A stretch of DNA of 64,000 nucleotides from Chrysemys picta bellii (lineage: Eukaryota), in assembly GCF_011386835.1 (NCBI RefSeq), contig NC_088791.1:346704001-346768000 (forward strand). Reading direction: 5' to 3'. Shown piece after piece: positions 11,650 to 24,782 of this stretch. Position numbers and translations under genes: made by a program. The stretch's first letter is position 1. Each line of letters opens with the position of its first letter. The notes under the pieces are model-generated. The model ran no database searches, had not been told where the DNA came from, and saw only the letters and a list, made by a program, of their open reading frames with translations.

Positions 11650-13800
11650 CATGGTGCTAGGGTTACACGTATATTCCAGGTCACTCCATCGAGTGAGCCC
11701 TTGGTCTCCTCTCACGGAGTGGAGGAGAGACTGCTGGGTTTTCACTCCATCCTTCCTGGTTTAAAGACCCCGGTCCAATCCCCTCCACTCTTCCCCCGTA
11801 TTAATTTTCTGCCTCCAGTATCTGATGCTACAGGCTGAGGCAAGGAAGTCCCGAGCCCCTCCCCACACCAGCCAAATGCTCTAATTAACGTCGCTCGAAG
11901 CATCTACACAATCTCAAGACAGCTCGATTCCCTTTGGACCCGTGGCACCAATCAGTGGGGGGCTGATGCTCCCCCGGGGTTTTCGCACTTGCTCAGCGTT
12001 TCACAGGCCGCAAAGCCTGGCTGCTCTGAAGCAATGGCTCTGCCCGACCTCAGGCCAGTGGTCCCGCTATGGCTGCATGCCGGCCGCTGACATCCCAGCC
12101 ACACTGATGGAGGAGCAGCCAGGCCGAATGGTGGCAAGCAGAATTGCACCCCGGCACGTCCCAGTTTGGCCTGCCGGCGCACGGGGACTCTGTCCCTGTA
12201 TGGCATGTCGCAGGAGGTCTGCCAAGAACTCAGCTCCTAGCAGCACCGGCTCATGCACTGGGCGGGTAAGACAGGGAGGCTCCCCAGCAAGACAGACTTG
12301 GGGTCCCTGTGGGAGGAGGAGGTGGGTGCATGGGGGCCGGAATGGGGTTGGGCTTGGGGGTATCCCCCTGCAATCCTCCCCCAAGAACTTCTGAATTGGT
12401 GGTGCTGCTTTAGACTGGCTCGCCTGTCTCCTACCCACCTGGCTCCCAAGCAAGCGTTCTCCCTGCAGGGAAGGTCTGTCTGCCCTGGGAGGCGTGAAGG
12501 GAGGGTCTGCAGGCTGCACACGGCTAAGTGCATTGACGGGGGTTCCTGCACCGTAACTCATGGCCAAGAGCAAATCACGAAGATCGCCAGAGAGCTCTGG
12601 GCCAGCGTTGGTACTGAACAAGGCTAAGATGGAGGGGTTTGGCTGGGGGAAGTTCCTAGCCACGCTTATTGCTGCAGGGCCAATCAAGAGCTCAGCCCCT
12701 CTGCACTAGGAGCTGTACACAGCGTGAGCAGCAGACGGTCCCTGTCCCGAAAAGCCGACAATCTCAGTAGACCCAGGATGGGGGAAGGGGTAGGAGACAC
12801 CAGCTGAGTGACCGATGGGTTAGCAGCAAACGGCATGTCAGTGCCATGGGGTGGTTTTTTTGGGGGGGGCTGTTAGTGTTAGGGAGGTATCAGTTAAATG
12901 GGAAGGGAAGGGGGGTGAGAGGCATGGGGCAGGGGAGGAGACACGGTGTGGGGAGATGTTAAGGGGAAGGATCTGCAGGGGAAGGGGAGGGCTGGAGCCA
13001 GCAAGTTCTCTGAATGGCCTGAGGACCCTGCTTTGCCCCCACAGCTTGGAGTCTCTGGCTGATCTCGGCAGCTTTCCGCAAGGCCACATGGCAGGACGTG
13101 GGGAGTGGAGGCAGCACCCGGTCCTAGTGCCCCAGAGTGCACGGGGGACAGTTCGGGGTCCAGAGGAGTGCTGGGCGGAGAGGTGGCCAAGGCTGGGCTG
13201 CATTTTACCCCATCCCCCTCCGTACAGCACTCCCTGTAATGGATGACTTCCCCCCATAGCGATCCTGCATTAGAACGGGGCAGGGGTCATCCCCCCAGCT
13301 ACAGGAGCCCCCCGGCTCCCTTCCAGCAGCCCCAGGAGTTCACAACAGAGAAGAACGCAGCCGACATGGTCTTACACGCAAAGGTGCAGCCAGAAAAAAA
13401 CTCCAAGGCCCAGCATGCAAAGTCCCAGTGTGGCCTTCTGTTTGGATCCAGGCGGAGCACACTGCATGCTGGGACTTGTAGTCTGCAGGCAGCTGGGCTC
13501 ACCGCGATCTAGCCCAACGGCCACCAGCACAGGCCGGGAGAGTGGGAGAGACGGTGCGGCAGCGAAGTGACGGAGCGATGCCGAGCGGTCGGTGCATGGG
13601 GACCAGGGCTGGAACCGGCCAGGTGCTTGGGGCCACGGCTCTGCTTTGGGCTCCGGACCCCGCCCGTAATCCGTGCCCCGTCAGCACAGCTCTGCGCAAA
13701 GGCGCAGCCAAGGGGCCCCGGCCCAGCCGTAAGGAGCAGAGCCGGTGTCAGCGCGGGGCTAGCGCCCACGGAGCATCCTCCCCAAGAGCCTCAGACTCAC

Positions 13801-13931
13801 CTCTCTCCGCCCTGCTTGTTGAAAGCGCAGGCTAAGGCCACCACCTGGGAGGTGGCCCGGCTAATGACCGGCACACACAGCATGGAGGTCACCTCGAATC
13901 CCAGCATGTTGTGAAGCTGCTTGTGTTCCTC
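13801..13931 (-). CDS. PDE2A: PDE2A coding exon (GAF-A): [43 protein letters not shown](S)
   Basis: cccag|GAG and AG|gtgagt; 131 nt; the [21 protein letters not shown] motif is conserved. Confidence 0.97.
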
Positions 13932-13945
13932 CTGGGAAGAGAAGA

Positions 13946-15005
13946 TCAGACCGGGGTGAGGGTCAGGATGTGGGGCAGGGGAGGATCAGATGGAGGTGAG
14001 GGTCAGGACGTGGGGCAGGAGAGGGTCAGATGGAGGTGAGGGTCAGGACGTGGGGAAGGGGAGGATCAGGCCGGGGTGAGGGTCAGGATGTGGGGCAGGG
14101 GAGGATCAGGCCGGGGGGAGGGTCAGGATGTGGGGCATGGGAGGGTCAGACCGGGGTGAGGGTCAGGACGTGGGGCGGAGAAGGGTCAGACCGCGGTGAG
14201 GGTCAGGACATGGGGCATGGGAGGGTCAGATAGGCGTGGGGGTCAGGACTTGGGGAGGGGCATACCGGGGTGAGGGTCAGGACACAGGGCAGGGGAGGGT
14301 CAGACCCCGGTGAGGGTCAGGACATGGGGCATGGGAGGGTCAGATAGGCGTGGGAGTCAGGACTTGGGGAGGGGCAGACCGGGGTGGGGATCAGGACACA
14401 GGGCGGGGAAGGGTCAGACCGCGGTGAGGGTCAGGACATGGAGCATGGGAGGGTCAGATAGGCGTGGGGGTCAGGACTTGGGGAGGGGCAGACCGGGGTG
14501 AGGGTCAGGACATAGGGCAGGGGAGGGTCAGACTGGGGTGAGGGTCAGGACATGGGGCACAGGAGGGTCAGATAGGCGTGGGGGTCAGGACTTGGGGAGG
14601 GGCAGACCGGGGTGAGGGTCAGGACATGGGGCAGGGGAGGGTCAGACCGCGGTGAGGGTCAGGACTTGGGGAGGGGCAGACCGGGGTGGGGATCAGGACG
14701 TGGGGCAGGGGAGGGTCAGACCGTGGGGAGGGTCAGGACGTGGGGCAGGGGAGGGTCAGACCGCGGGGAGGGTCAGGACTTGGGGAGGGTCAGACCGCAG
14801 TGAGGGTCAGGACTTGGAGAGGAGCAGACCGGGGTGGGGATCAGGACGTGGGGCAGGGGAGGGTCAGACCGTGGGGAGGGTCAGGACGTGGGGCAGGGGA
14901 GGGTCAGGACGTGGGGCAGGGGAGGGTCAGACCTCGGGGAGGGTCAGGACGTGGGGGAGGGGAGGGTCAGACCGCAGGGAGGGTCAGGACGTGGGGCAGG
15001 GGAGG
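13946..15005 (+). repeat. G-rich ~40-bp minisatellite (ggggtgagggtcaggacgtggggcaggggagggtcagacc), about 25 units
   Basis: Direct inspection; abuts the splice acceptor of exon 13801-13931. Confidence 0.95.
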
Positions 15006-15139
15006 TCACCGAGCATGGAGCAATACATTTATAGATCGATCTCGTGGCCAGATGGGAGCACTGTGATCACGCTGTCTGCCCTCCTATATAACACACGCCG
15101 GAGAACTGCCCCACAATAACTCCTAGGGCAGATCTTACA

Positions 15140-15750
15140 GACAAACATCCAATCTTGATTAAAATATGTCCGGTGGCGGAGAATCCACCACGACCCTGGG
15201 TAAATTGTTCCAGTGGTTAATTACTCTCAGCGTTCAAAATGTCACCTTATTTCCAGCCTGAATGTGTCTAGCTTCAGCTTCCAGCCGTGGGAACGGGTCA
15301 GACCTTCCTCTGCCAGACGGAAGAGCCCGTTGGTAAATATTCGTTCCCCCTGTGAGTACTTATGGACTTCTCAAGTCACCCTTTCACCTGCTCTCTGTTA
15401 AGCTGAATCAGTTGAGCTCTTTAAGTCCAGCCCTAGAAGTTTCATCATTCTCGTGGCTCTTCTCTGAACCTTTCTAATTTGTCAACATCCTCCTTGAACT
15501 GTGGGCACCAGAGCTGGCCCCGGGATTCCAGCAGCGGTCGGGTCGCACCAGGGCCAAGCGCAGAGGTGAAATCACCTCTCTGCTCCTACTTGAGATTCCC
15601 CGGTTTATGCGTCCCAGGATCTCGTTCGCTCACATTCAGCTGATTAGCCACCATGATCCCCAAATCTTTGTCAGAGGCACTGCTGCCCAGGATAGAGTCC
15701 CCCATCCCGTCAGCGTGGCCTGTATGCTTTGGTCCTAGGTGTAGACACAG
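15140..15750 (-). mobile_element. Old CR1 LINE fragment (ORF2 C-terminus and 3' region)
   Basis: Similar to the CR1 copies at 18990 and 63080 (gagaatccaccac, ttatttccagcctgaa, cccaggatagagtcccc). Confidence 0.75.
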
Positions 15751-15772
15751 AGAAAGGGCGCAGGATCTAGGT

Positions 15773-16483
15773 CAGAGGTGGGCAAAGTACGGCCCGCGGG
15801 CCACATCTGGCCCGCAGGACCCTCCTGCCCGGCCCTTGAGCTCCTGGCCGGGGAGGCTAGCCCCCGGTCCCTCCCCTGCTGTTCCCCCTCCCCTGCAGTC
15901 TCAGCTCGCTCCACCACCAGCGCTCTGGCCTGCCGCTCCTGCGGTGTGGCTAGCTCTGGCAGAGCTCCTGTTGCTCTGAGCGGCATGGTAAGGGGGCGGG
16001 GGGCGGGTTGGATAAGGGGCAGGGAGTCCCAGGGAGGGCAGTCAGGGGGTGGGAGTATGGATAGGGGTTGGGGCAGTCAGGTGACAAGGAGTAGGGGGGG
16101 TTGGATGGGGCAGAGGTTCGGGGGGGAGGGTGGTCAGGGGACAGGGAACGGCGGGGGTTGGATAGGCCTGGGAGTGCTGGGGGGCCAGTCAGGGGGTGGG
16201 GGTGTGGATAGGGTTGGGGCAGTAAGGGGACAGGGAGCGGGGGGGTTGGATAGGGAGTGGGGTCCTGGGGGGCAGTTAGGGGCATGGATCCTGGGAGGGG
16301 GCGGTCCGAGGACAAGGAGCGGGGGGGTTGGATAGGTCGGGGGTTCTGAGGGGGGAAGTGGGAGGGGGCGGATAGGGGGCGGGGGCCAGGCTGTTTGGGG
16401 AGGCACAGCCTTCCCTACCCGGCCCTCCATACAGTTTGGCAACCCCGATGTGACCCTCAGGCCAAAAAGTTTGCCCATCCCTG
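15773..16483. mobile_element. hAT-Charlie-like MITE
   Basis: cagaggtgggcaaagt / agtttgcccatccctg TIRs; perfect 8-bp TSD atctaggt (NTCTAGAN-like target). Confidence 0.92.
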
Positions 16484-16653
16484 ATCTAGGTACTGTGAGA
16501 CACAGCAAAGGTAACACCCTAGCTACATGTGTGACCGTGTCTCTCCCATCCGGCTGCAGCCACCCACCCAATTAGCATCAGGGAAAGGGCCAGGGGGTCA
16601 CGAGTCCTTGACACCTGTTTGCAACCTCAACCTGAGAACCGATGCCCCATCTG

Positions 16654-16778
16654 GGAGGCAGCATGGCCTAGTGGATACAGCACTGCAGTGGGGACACTGG
16701 CTGGCTGGGTCACCTTCAGCAAGTCACCCCGCCGCTCTGTGCCTCAGTTTCCCCATGTATAACACAGTGATGATACTA
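16654..16778 (+). mobile_element. CORE/MIR-like SINE
   Basis: A-box-like tggcctagtgg head and the tgtgcctcagtttcccc core. Confidence 0.65.
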
Positions 16779-18471
16779 CTAAAGCCCGTTGCGTTCTGTG
16801 GAAGACAGTGCTCTGTACCAGAGCTGGGTATTAACATTATTAATTCATTCCACATCGATGGCTGAGCAGCCACCCGCTGATAACAGCTAGACAGCTGCTT
16901 TCTCTGATCCCCATCTCTACCCTCGCTCGGAGCGGCAGGGGCACGGGGACGAGCGGCACTCTCTGTTCCCTACGCTGCTGCCACGGGGGAAGCTTGCGAT
17001 GTGGCGGTGTCACAAACGGCTTCTCAAGGAGAAAGAGAAGCAGAGAGAGAGGCAACTGGAGAGGCTCTCCACAGCCGGTTACTGACTGCCAGCTTGGCCT
17101 GGGATGTTCATACCACTGAGCTCCTGGGCCCACGCTAAGCCTCTAGGATTTACTGCTCGGAGTCAGACTGAACAGCTGTTTACCACTTCGCCGCTGCGGC
17201 TGCTGGGCTCCACAGCCCTTCTGTTTAGCCTTTCGGGAGTGATTCCTTAGCTCCGGCACTTCGCCAGGGCAGAAACAAAATGCTTATCTCTGCCTTGCCA
17301 GCCAGTGTGCCCCGGCACTGCCCAAGAGGGGACGGGCATTTTCCTTTATATTCTTTAAAACACCAAACACGCCAAGCCCTTGTGTATTCAACAGAGAACA
17401 CAACAGTAGGAACAGGCGGGGTAACACAATAATGCAATGAGCTGGTTAAGTCCGGAGGGGCCCTCTGCTGGATGGCATCGGAACTGCTAGGCTGTGTGTC
17501 AGAGGCCCTGTACTGCCGCCGAGAAGCTCCAAATAGAGCCCCGGTTTTTGCGATGGCGGCGCTCTTCCACTAGTGACTGGGCTGACAGCCACCAACGCCT
17601 CTCACGCAGCCGCGGGCAGCCTGTCAGCCGGGTTCCCAAGCGGCAACCTCAGTCCTTCCACCATCCCGAACCGTATTCGCACTTCTTTCGCTCTCTTCAG
17701 ACTTTCGAACTGCCTGTCTACCCAAGGGGAGGTGACGGATTGCTCGGGCGGCACAGATAAATAACTTCCCTGACCCCGCGTGCTGGCTCATGACCGCAGC
17801 ACGCGCCAGGGCAGCGTCGGCAGCTGACCCTGGGGCAGACGCTCAGCCGGCTCGGAGGTGAGTGCAGGGCTTCTGGGGGAGTTGTTATTATTTCTCAGCA
17901 GGGGTGACACCAAACCAGCCCCTTGTGTGCAAGAGAGCTATCATCCTAGCATGATCCAGACAGAGCCTGCACAGGGACTTGCACGGCCCCCTCACAGGAG
18001 TATCTGAGCACCAGGCAGATAAGCATCATCCCCATTTCTCACAGGGGGAAACGAGACGCAGAGATCGTGCACAAAGGGTCCACTAAACATCCATTCAGTG
18101 TCCGGACACCTGGGTGCTCAGATCCAGCGCTCTTCGAGCTGAGCTACTCCGGGATTGTTCGTTCCAGGAGGAACTCAGGGATCCGCTCCCAGCCCAGCCC
18201 TGCATTGGATCTGAACCCTCACACACACTGAACCGCGACGCCCATTCCCTGCGGGGCAGTTCCCCAGCTCTGAGCACTCTCCGTGGAGCTAGCGGGGCAT
18301 TTCCTCCACGGCACTGTCCAGCGGCTGCTGCTCCCACCACACGAGCCCAGGCCTTGGCTGGGAGCAGAGCGTTCGCTAACAAACCTCTGTCCCCGGCACA
18401 GAGACGCTGCAGGAGGAGCAGCTGCTCACTCGGGACTCCTGGATTGCACCAGGGGCATCCTGATCACCCCT

Positions 18472-18650
18472 GCTGTTCCAGCCCTGGGCTACCCATCCCC
18501 ACGCCCCGCTCTGCCGATGCACCTCAGTCCCAGCCTGCAGCCCCCCCGCTGTTCCAGCCCTGGGCTACCCATCCCCACGCCCCGCTCTGCCGATGCACCT
18601 CAGTCCCAGCCTGCAGCCCCCACCCCCCCGCCGTTCCAGGCCTGGGCTCC
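18472..18650 (+). repeat. 76-bp tandem duplication (2 near-perfect copies plus a partial third)
   Basis: Units start at 18472 and 18548. Confidence 0.9.
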
Positions 18651-18989
18651 CTGAGATGAGCCTTCTGGTCACACTGCACCGTTCAGCCCGAGAATGGGAT
18701 GAATAGGCTGAGACCTATCAAACTCGGTCCACTTGTCCCCAGAGCCAGGACACCAAACCAGGGTTCTTCAGCAGGGAGATCCCCCCACCCCTGCAAGGTG
18801 GGGTTTGGAAGCAGCTCCTACTGGGGGCACTACTCGGTTTCTGGCTGGGCCTATGTCTGCATGAGTGATGGATCTCAGCGCTGCCCCGCGTGACTGACAG
18901 ATCACACCCCAGCACTGACCTGTCCCCTCCCTCTGGTGGAGCTGTCGGCTCAGCCTTCAGGTCATCTCTAGGACAGCCGCCCGGCATTC

Positions 18990-19930
18990 CGAGATTATAA
19001 AGCCATCTAGAGATCATCTAGTCTGACCTTCTGCACGACACAGGCCAACTTCCCTGAATTAATTCCTGCTTCGAAGCCCAAGAGCTGTGACTGAACTGGA
19101 GTAGAGCTTTCAGAAAAACATCCTGTCTGGAGTAAAAAATGGCCAGTGAGGCCACGTCTGGCACGAACTGTTCCAACGGTTAATTGCCCTCACTGTTAAA
19201 AAGGTGCCTTATTTCCAGGCTGAACTGTCTGGCTTCGGCTTCCAGCCAGTGGATCGTGTCAGACCTTCCTCTGCTAGACCGAAAAGCCCATCATCCTATT
19301 TCAGTTCCCCGTGTAGTTACTTCTGAACTGTGATCAAGTCACCCCTTAACCTTCTCTTTGATAAGCTACGTAGGTTGTGCGCCTTGAGTCTTTCGCGATC
19401 CGGCAGGTTTTCCAATCTTTTCATTATTCCTGGGGGTCTGATCCGAACCCTCTGCAATTCATCAACTTCCGTCTTGAACGACGGACATCAGAACCGGACA
19501 CAGCAGTCCCACAGCGGTCACACCAGCGTCAAACACAGAGGTCAAATAACCGCTCTGGCCTCAGTGTCGCACTGGAAGCTGATTATTCACCACGACCCTC
19601 TAATGGGTTGTTTTGAGTCCCTGATTTCCAGAATAGAGTCCCCCACCCTGTACGCGCGGCCTGCATGCTTTGTTCCTAGGGGTATAACTTTATATGTGGT
19701 CATATTGAAACGTCCCTGGTTTGCTTGCGCCTTGCTTACCAGGCGACCCAGATCACTCTGCATCAGGACCTGTCCTGTTCAATATTTACCCCGCCCCCCA
19801 ACCTCCGTGTCATCTGCAAATTTTATCAATGATTATTTTATATTTTCCTCTAGGTCATTGATAAAAATATTTAATAACATAGAGCCAAGCACCGATCCCT
19901 GTGGGACCCCACTAGAAACACACCTGCTCC
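18990..19930 (-). mobile_element. Decayed CR1 LINE fragment including the RT C-terminal part
   Basis: Minus-strand translation gives GVPQGSVLG, IFINDL, KFADDT and KRRLRGDLI, with stops. Confidence 0.88.
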
Positions 19931-21084
19931 AGGTTTCAGAATGGTAGCCGTGGGCACCGAACTGAGAGTCAGGACTCCCTGGTTTCTGTGCCCAGGTCTG
20001 CCACTGAGTCTATGTGTCACCTCGGGCAAATCGTGTCCCCGCCCTGTGGGATACTGGTGTTAATTCTGTAACAAGTCCACGTTCCCCTAGCACTGCTCTG
20101 TTGTTGCTTTGAGGCACACCACAGCTGCTCAGAACTTCTCATCAGGGATGCAGCCTAGACCCCCAACCCCCTGCTCCTGACACTTGAGCTAAGAGAGACT
20201 CTCCTTTAGCTCTTAGCTGAATGGGGTCTATGACACAAACCTGAGCAGTTCCGATTCCACCCAATAGAGGGCAGTGGTGCACACACCCGTCAGCTGATTC
20301 ATTTAATCCCTTAGAGCAGGGCAGGGATACTCAGAAATGTGTGTGTCCCACTGGAAATGTACCGCCAGAGCTGGCCCCGGGACTATCACACTTTCCGGGT
20401 GATCGCCTGACACACCCGCCCTCTGGGGGGCGTTGGGAGAACTGCTCTGATGGTGTCACTAGAACAACACAGGAGGCTCGGTGACGATCTCGCCGCAGCT
20501 GTGGCTCTGCCGAGCCCGTAGACAGAAGAGAGAAACAGGCGTGTGCCCCTCCATCCAGTCATCTGTCAGCTAATCCGATGGTGACGGAGCTGGTCCAGGG
20601 CCTTGGACTGGCCTCTCCTGGCAGCAGCATGTTTGTGAACAGCCCAGCAACCACGGCCAGGCAGTGAGCGGCGCTCTGCAAAATGACTATTGTGTGGCTA
20701 AGGCCAGCACGGGAAAGTTCTGCCACTGTCCCTGCATGCCTATCCAGCTCCTTATACTGTGCCCATCCCCCTGGTGTCGGAGCAACCATGCACGATCAGC
20801 TATTGAGCGAGGACAAGGTGGGCTATGGGGACTGGCCTGCAGCGGAGACAGGAGTTCCTACACGCTCGGCCGTCTCCTCTCCACCCATGGTGCTCAGACA
20901 TCACAGCATTGGCCTTTTGCATTAATACCGTGCCCACCTCAGTAGCATCCGAGGGACATCCAAGAGTGGTGAGGACATCCTCCCCCTTGTCCGCCCACGG
21001 CCTGCATGCCCATGCTCCCATCATGGCCACGTGGCGGGCCTCTCCCCCCGAGGCCCCGAGCCTGGGGGAAGCCCAGCTACTTAC

Positions 21085-21153
21085 CACACTGATGTCCTGT
21101 AGGGTGATGGATTTCTTCTCCTCCACCACCTTCCCCAGACGCCCAAACGTCAG
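21085..21153 (-). CDS. PDE2A: PDE2A coding exon: LTFGRLGKVVEEKKSITLQDISV
   Basis: tgcag|CTG and GTG|gtaagt; 69 nt, phase 0/0. Confidence 0.95.
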
Positions 21154-23032
21154 CTGCAGGCAAAGAGAAGAGAGTCAGGAGCTGGTGCACTCGGGAGGCT
21201 GAGGAAGAGGAAGGTTGGCTCGTGGGTGAAGTCGCATCACGCAGGAGCCCGGGTGCAGCGGCACACCCAGCTCCCCCACCCAGCCCCCGGACACGGTGCA
21301 AAAGGAGAAGCAGGGCTTGCAGGGCCACTACTTATGAGGAGAGGCCAGCTCAGTCTCCAAGCCCTTCCAGAGCTTGGCCCCTCCACTGAGCTCCACAGCA
21401 CACACAGACCACTACAGAAATATGGCAGCGTGGACCCTGCCCCATGGGGCAGCGGGCTGAGACCCACCAAACTCCTGCCACATAGGCAGCTGCTCGATGG
21501 GATCAGCACGTGGGACACGGCCAAACCAGTGACTTGAGGCTGTCCACAGTCCTCCAGCCCAGGCAGTGCCCTTCAGCACCAGTCTGCCATGCCCATCAAT
21601 TCCTACCCTTGCAATATGGCTGCAACGGCCTTTTTCATCCACCACTGAGCGGCCTCCCCGCGCACCGGGCCAGTCGCATCCCTGGCTTTAGCTCCGTGGC
21701 AGCCGGCAAAGTTTCACCGGGGATGAATCTGGCCCCCTTTGCTTTGGATTAAGGATCGGGGGGAGCTGCTGACGGCCAATCCTGCTCCACTCGAAGGTGG
21801 CTGCGCTGGGAGCAGTCTCACCTTCGGTAATAGACGCATCCCGGCGTCACGTTCTGGGCAGCAATCCGGGTCAGTGAGAGGCCGTGTCACTGCCTGCCCT
21901 GTAACCGGGGTGGGGAGCTCCCAGCCGGCAGAGCGGCATGCACCAGCGGTGCCACAGCCTCTCCCTCCTTCGGACTGCTCCCCGAAACGTGCTACTCGGA
22001 AACACCGATCGAAGCCTCAAAGTGCTTCTGAATCTCTTAGTCGGAGGTACGAGCGTCTCTAACGGGGGCGGGAGAGGTAGAGCATCGGGATGGCTCTGGC
22101 GCGGACTGGAGAGAAGACAGCCCAGGAGGAGATCAAAGACCGGATCTCAGAGAGGCCAGGCGGCACGATCGTGCGTTTCGGAAGGAGGCTAGAAAAGTGG
22201 CCGACCCCGAGCAGGGAAGTGGCAGGAAAGAAGACGAGACAGAGATCAAGAGAGCGGGTGCGGAGATCTATGAGTGTCACAGATGGCACTTAACCTTCCA
22301 CAGCCACCGGCGCTCGGCTGATCGCGTTATTATCTAGCTAATGGATCTGCGTGCTGGCATCGACTGGGCTCTCGCTGGAGTGCCTGGCAGGCTGGCGCTC
22401 TAGTGATCCTGGCCCAGGCGATGGGTGAGCTGCTTAAATACTCGCAGAGGGCTGGCTCTGCCGGAAAGCATCGGCTGAGCGGAGATCAGGTCCAGTGGGC
22501 TCGGGCAGGGCTTCTCAACCTTTCTGGAATGAGGCCCTTTCCCCCCCTCCTACAAAATGGATCTCTCCAATGTAATGGAGCTAGACCTGGGGCTGTTTGT
22601 ACATTGATTCCAATCGAGATAAGTCAGCCCTTCCATCCTGCTGCGAATCTGCACCTAGGCTGGGAAACCTTTTCAGGGCACGTTTTCCGGGCTGGGCAGG
22701 ATTTCTCCGTTTCAGCATGGAAGAGCGCGAGTCAGGGAGGTGACCCCGGGCCCCAGGTTGCAACGCTGCCCGATGCAAATCAGAGGGGTGGCTGGCCCCA
22801 GTTTGAGTGGCAGTGGGACCCTGCGTGCGCTCACTCAAATTTGACCTGGTTGCTGCTTCATCAGATGGAGGGGGGGCTGGGCCATACCGGAGCAGTGTTG
22901 TGACACCGAGCACCAGGTTGCAATGCCGCTCACTCCACTTTGGCCCAGCTGCCCCTCTGGGGCGGCCGAATTGGCGCGAGCGGCATTGCGACCCCATGAG
23001 TGAGAGGGAAGGCTCAAGGCACCTGTCTAGAA

Positions 23033-23462
23033 CAGGGGTGGCCAATCTGACCCTGAGAAGGAGCCAGAATTTACCAATGTACATTGCCAAAGAGCCACAG
23101 TAACACGTCAGCAGCCCCGCACCTCCCCCGCTCCCAGCGCCTCCCACCCACCAGCAGCTCCACAGATCAGCGCCTCCCCCTCCCTCCCCACACCTCCCGA
23201 TCAGCTGTTTTGTGGCGTGCAGGAGGCTCTGGGGGGAGGGGGGGAGGAGCGAGGGTACGGCAGGCTCAGGGGAGGGGGTGGGAAGGGGTGGAGTGGGGGC
23301 AGGGCCTGTGGCAGAGCCAGGGGTTGAGCAGTGAGCCCCCCCGGCACATTGGAAAGTTGGCACCTGTTGCTCCAGCCCCGGAGTCGGTGCTTGTACAAGG
23401 AGCCGCATATTAACTTCTGAAGAGCCGCATGTGGCTCTGGAGCCACAGGTCGGCCACCCCTG
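23033..23462. mobile_element. hAT-Charlie-like MITE
   Basis: caggggtggccaa / cggccacccctg TIRs; TSD gtctagaa/gtctggaa (1 mismatch). Confidence 0.88.
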
Positions 23463-24740
23463 GTCTGGAAAGTTGGATGTGCTCCCCGCCAGTTGAAAGC
23501 CGCTGGTCGACGTGCTTCACTAGCTTCGTGCTCATTTAAAGCCAACGGGCTTTATGCTCCTAAATGCCCGTCACTTTTGAAAACGGCAACGCGGAGCCTA
23601 CGTTTCTTTGGTGCTTTTGAAAATGTTCGCCCAAGTCTGCCCATCCATGCACCCCCAAAGGCCTGGCCCAGCATGCACTGGGCTCCACGGATGACGTGGG
23701 ATGGGTTCTTTGTGGATGGTCTCCTTTCTAGCTATCCTAAGGTGGACCACCCCATTCCTCTTGGAGAAGGAGGAGGGGATATTACCAGGACAGGCTCGTT
23801 CTGCCCGCTGGCTAGATGTTTAGGGTGGCGGCAAGGCCGGAAGGATTGCCTTATGAGGAACAGTTAACAGAGCTAAGGGCCGGAATCTCAGCCGGTGTCA
23901 ATCGGGGCAGCTCCATTGACATAGGCGCTGAACATCTGGATTGTAACATCTGTCGATGGAAGCGTTCCCCAGCAGCTGGGCTGCAGTGTGCACTGCCAGA
24001 GTTGCTGGCTGCTCTCCAGATGTTTTCCGGTTGGCTTTCAAGTGGATCTATCTGGACAAAGCCTTGGGGAAAGAGGAAGGGGCGTCCTAGAGCGAAGGGG
24101 TGAGGACAGAAGCAGCCCCGGCGCTAACAAAACGAAGCCTGTGTTTACCGGCTTCCCGACGCGTGGCCTGGGAAGGGAGCTGGAGCCCAGACTCCTCCAG
24201 GCTGCAGCTGCTCTCCCGGGAGAGTTCAACGTCGTTCCAAAGCGGATGTTCTCACTTGTCGGCTGGCGTCACTGGAGGCCGTCAATCAACAAGCAAGAAC
24301 ACGGCCTGTCAGTGGTCGTGTCTCAGGTCTGTAATGAGAGGCCATAGGAGCTGCCACAGCTGGAGAAGTCGATGGCTCCACTTGGGTCAGACCGAGCGTG
24401 GCCAGGGCTAAAAGTGCTCATGGACTCACAGCTCAGGATGGGGCTGAGGCAAATACCCAGATCTGAGCACTCCCGAACTTGGGATCTGCAGCCACCCTTG
24501 GTGGTCTGGGTCCCCTCTCTCCTCATTGCCCCCCCCCCCGTAAATGTGCCACCCTACTCCAGGAATTCCTTCCTGACCCCAGCTGGGGAGCTGTCTATGC
24601 CTGGAAGCATGAGGACTGTCACGGTATGTACATCCCATGGCTAGCTTCATCTCTGGAGCGAGGCTGATTTAAACCCCAGCAGGTCTGGAATACAGAGCCG
24701 AGCTTTGCTGCTGAGCCCCAGAGAACATCTAACGACTTAC

Positions 24741-24782
24741 AGGGAAGCTGATCTCCTCTTCCAGCACTTTATCTCCCACGAC
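24741..24782 (-). CDS. PDE2A: PDE2A coding exon: VVGDKVLEEEISFP
   Basis: tccag|GTC and CCT|gtaagt; 42 nt; human VIGDKVLGEEVSFP. Confidence 0.96.

Noticed and set aside
19330-19947. 205-aa plus-strand ORF
   Set aside because: It is the antisense shadow of a decayed CR1 RT region; CR1 commonly leaves open antisense frames.
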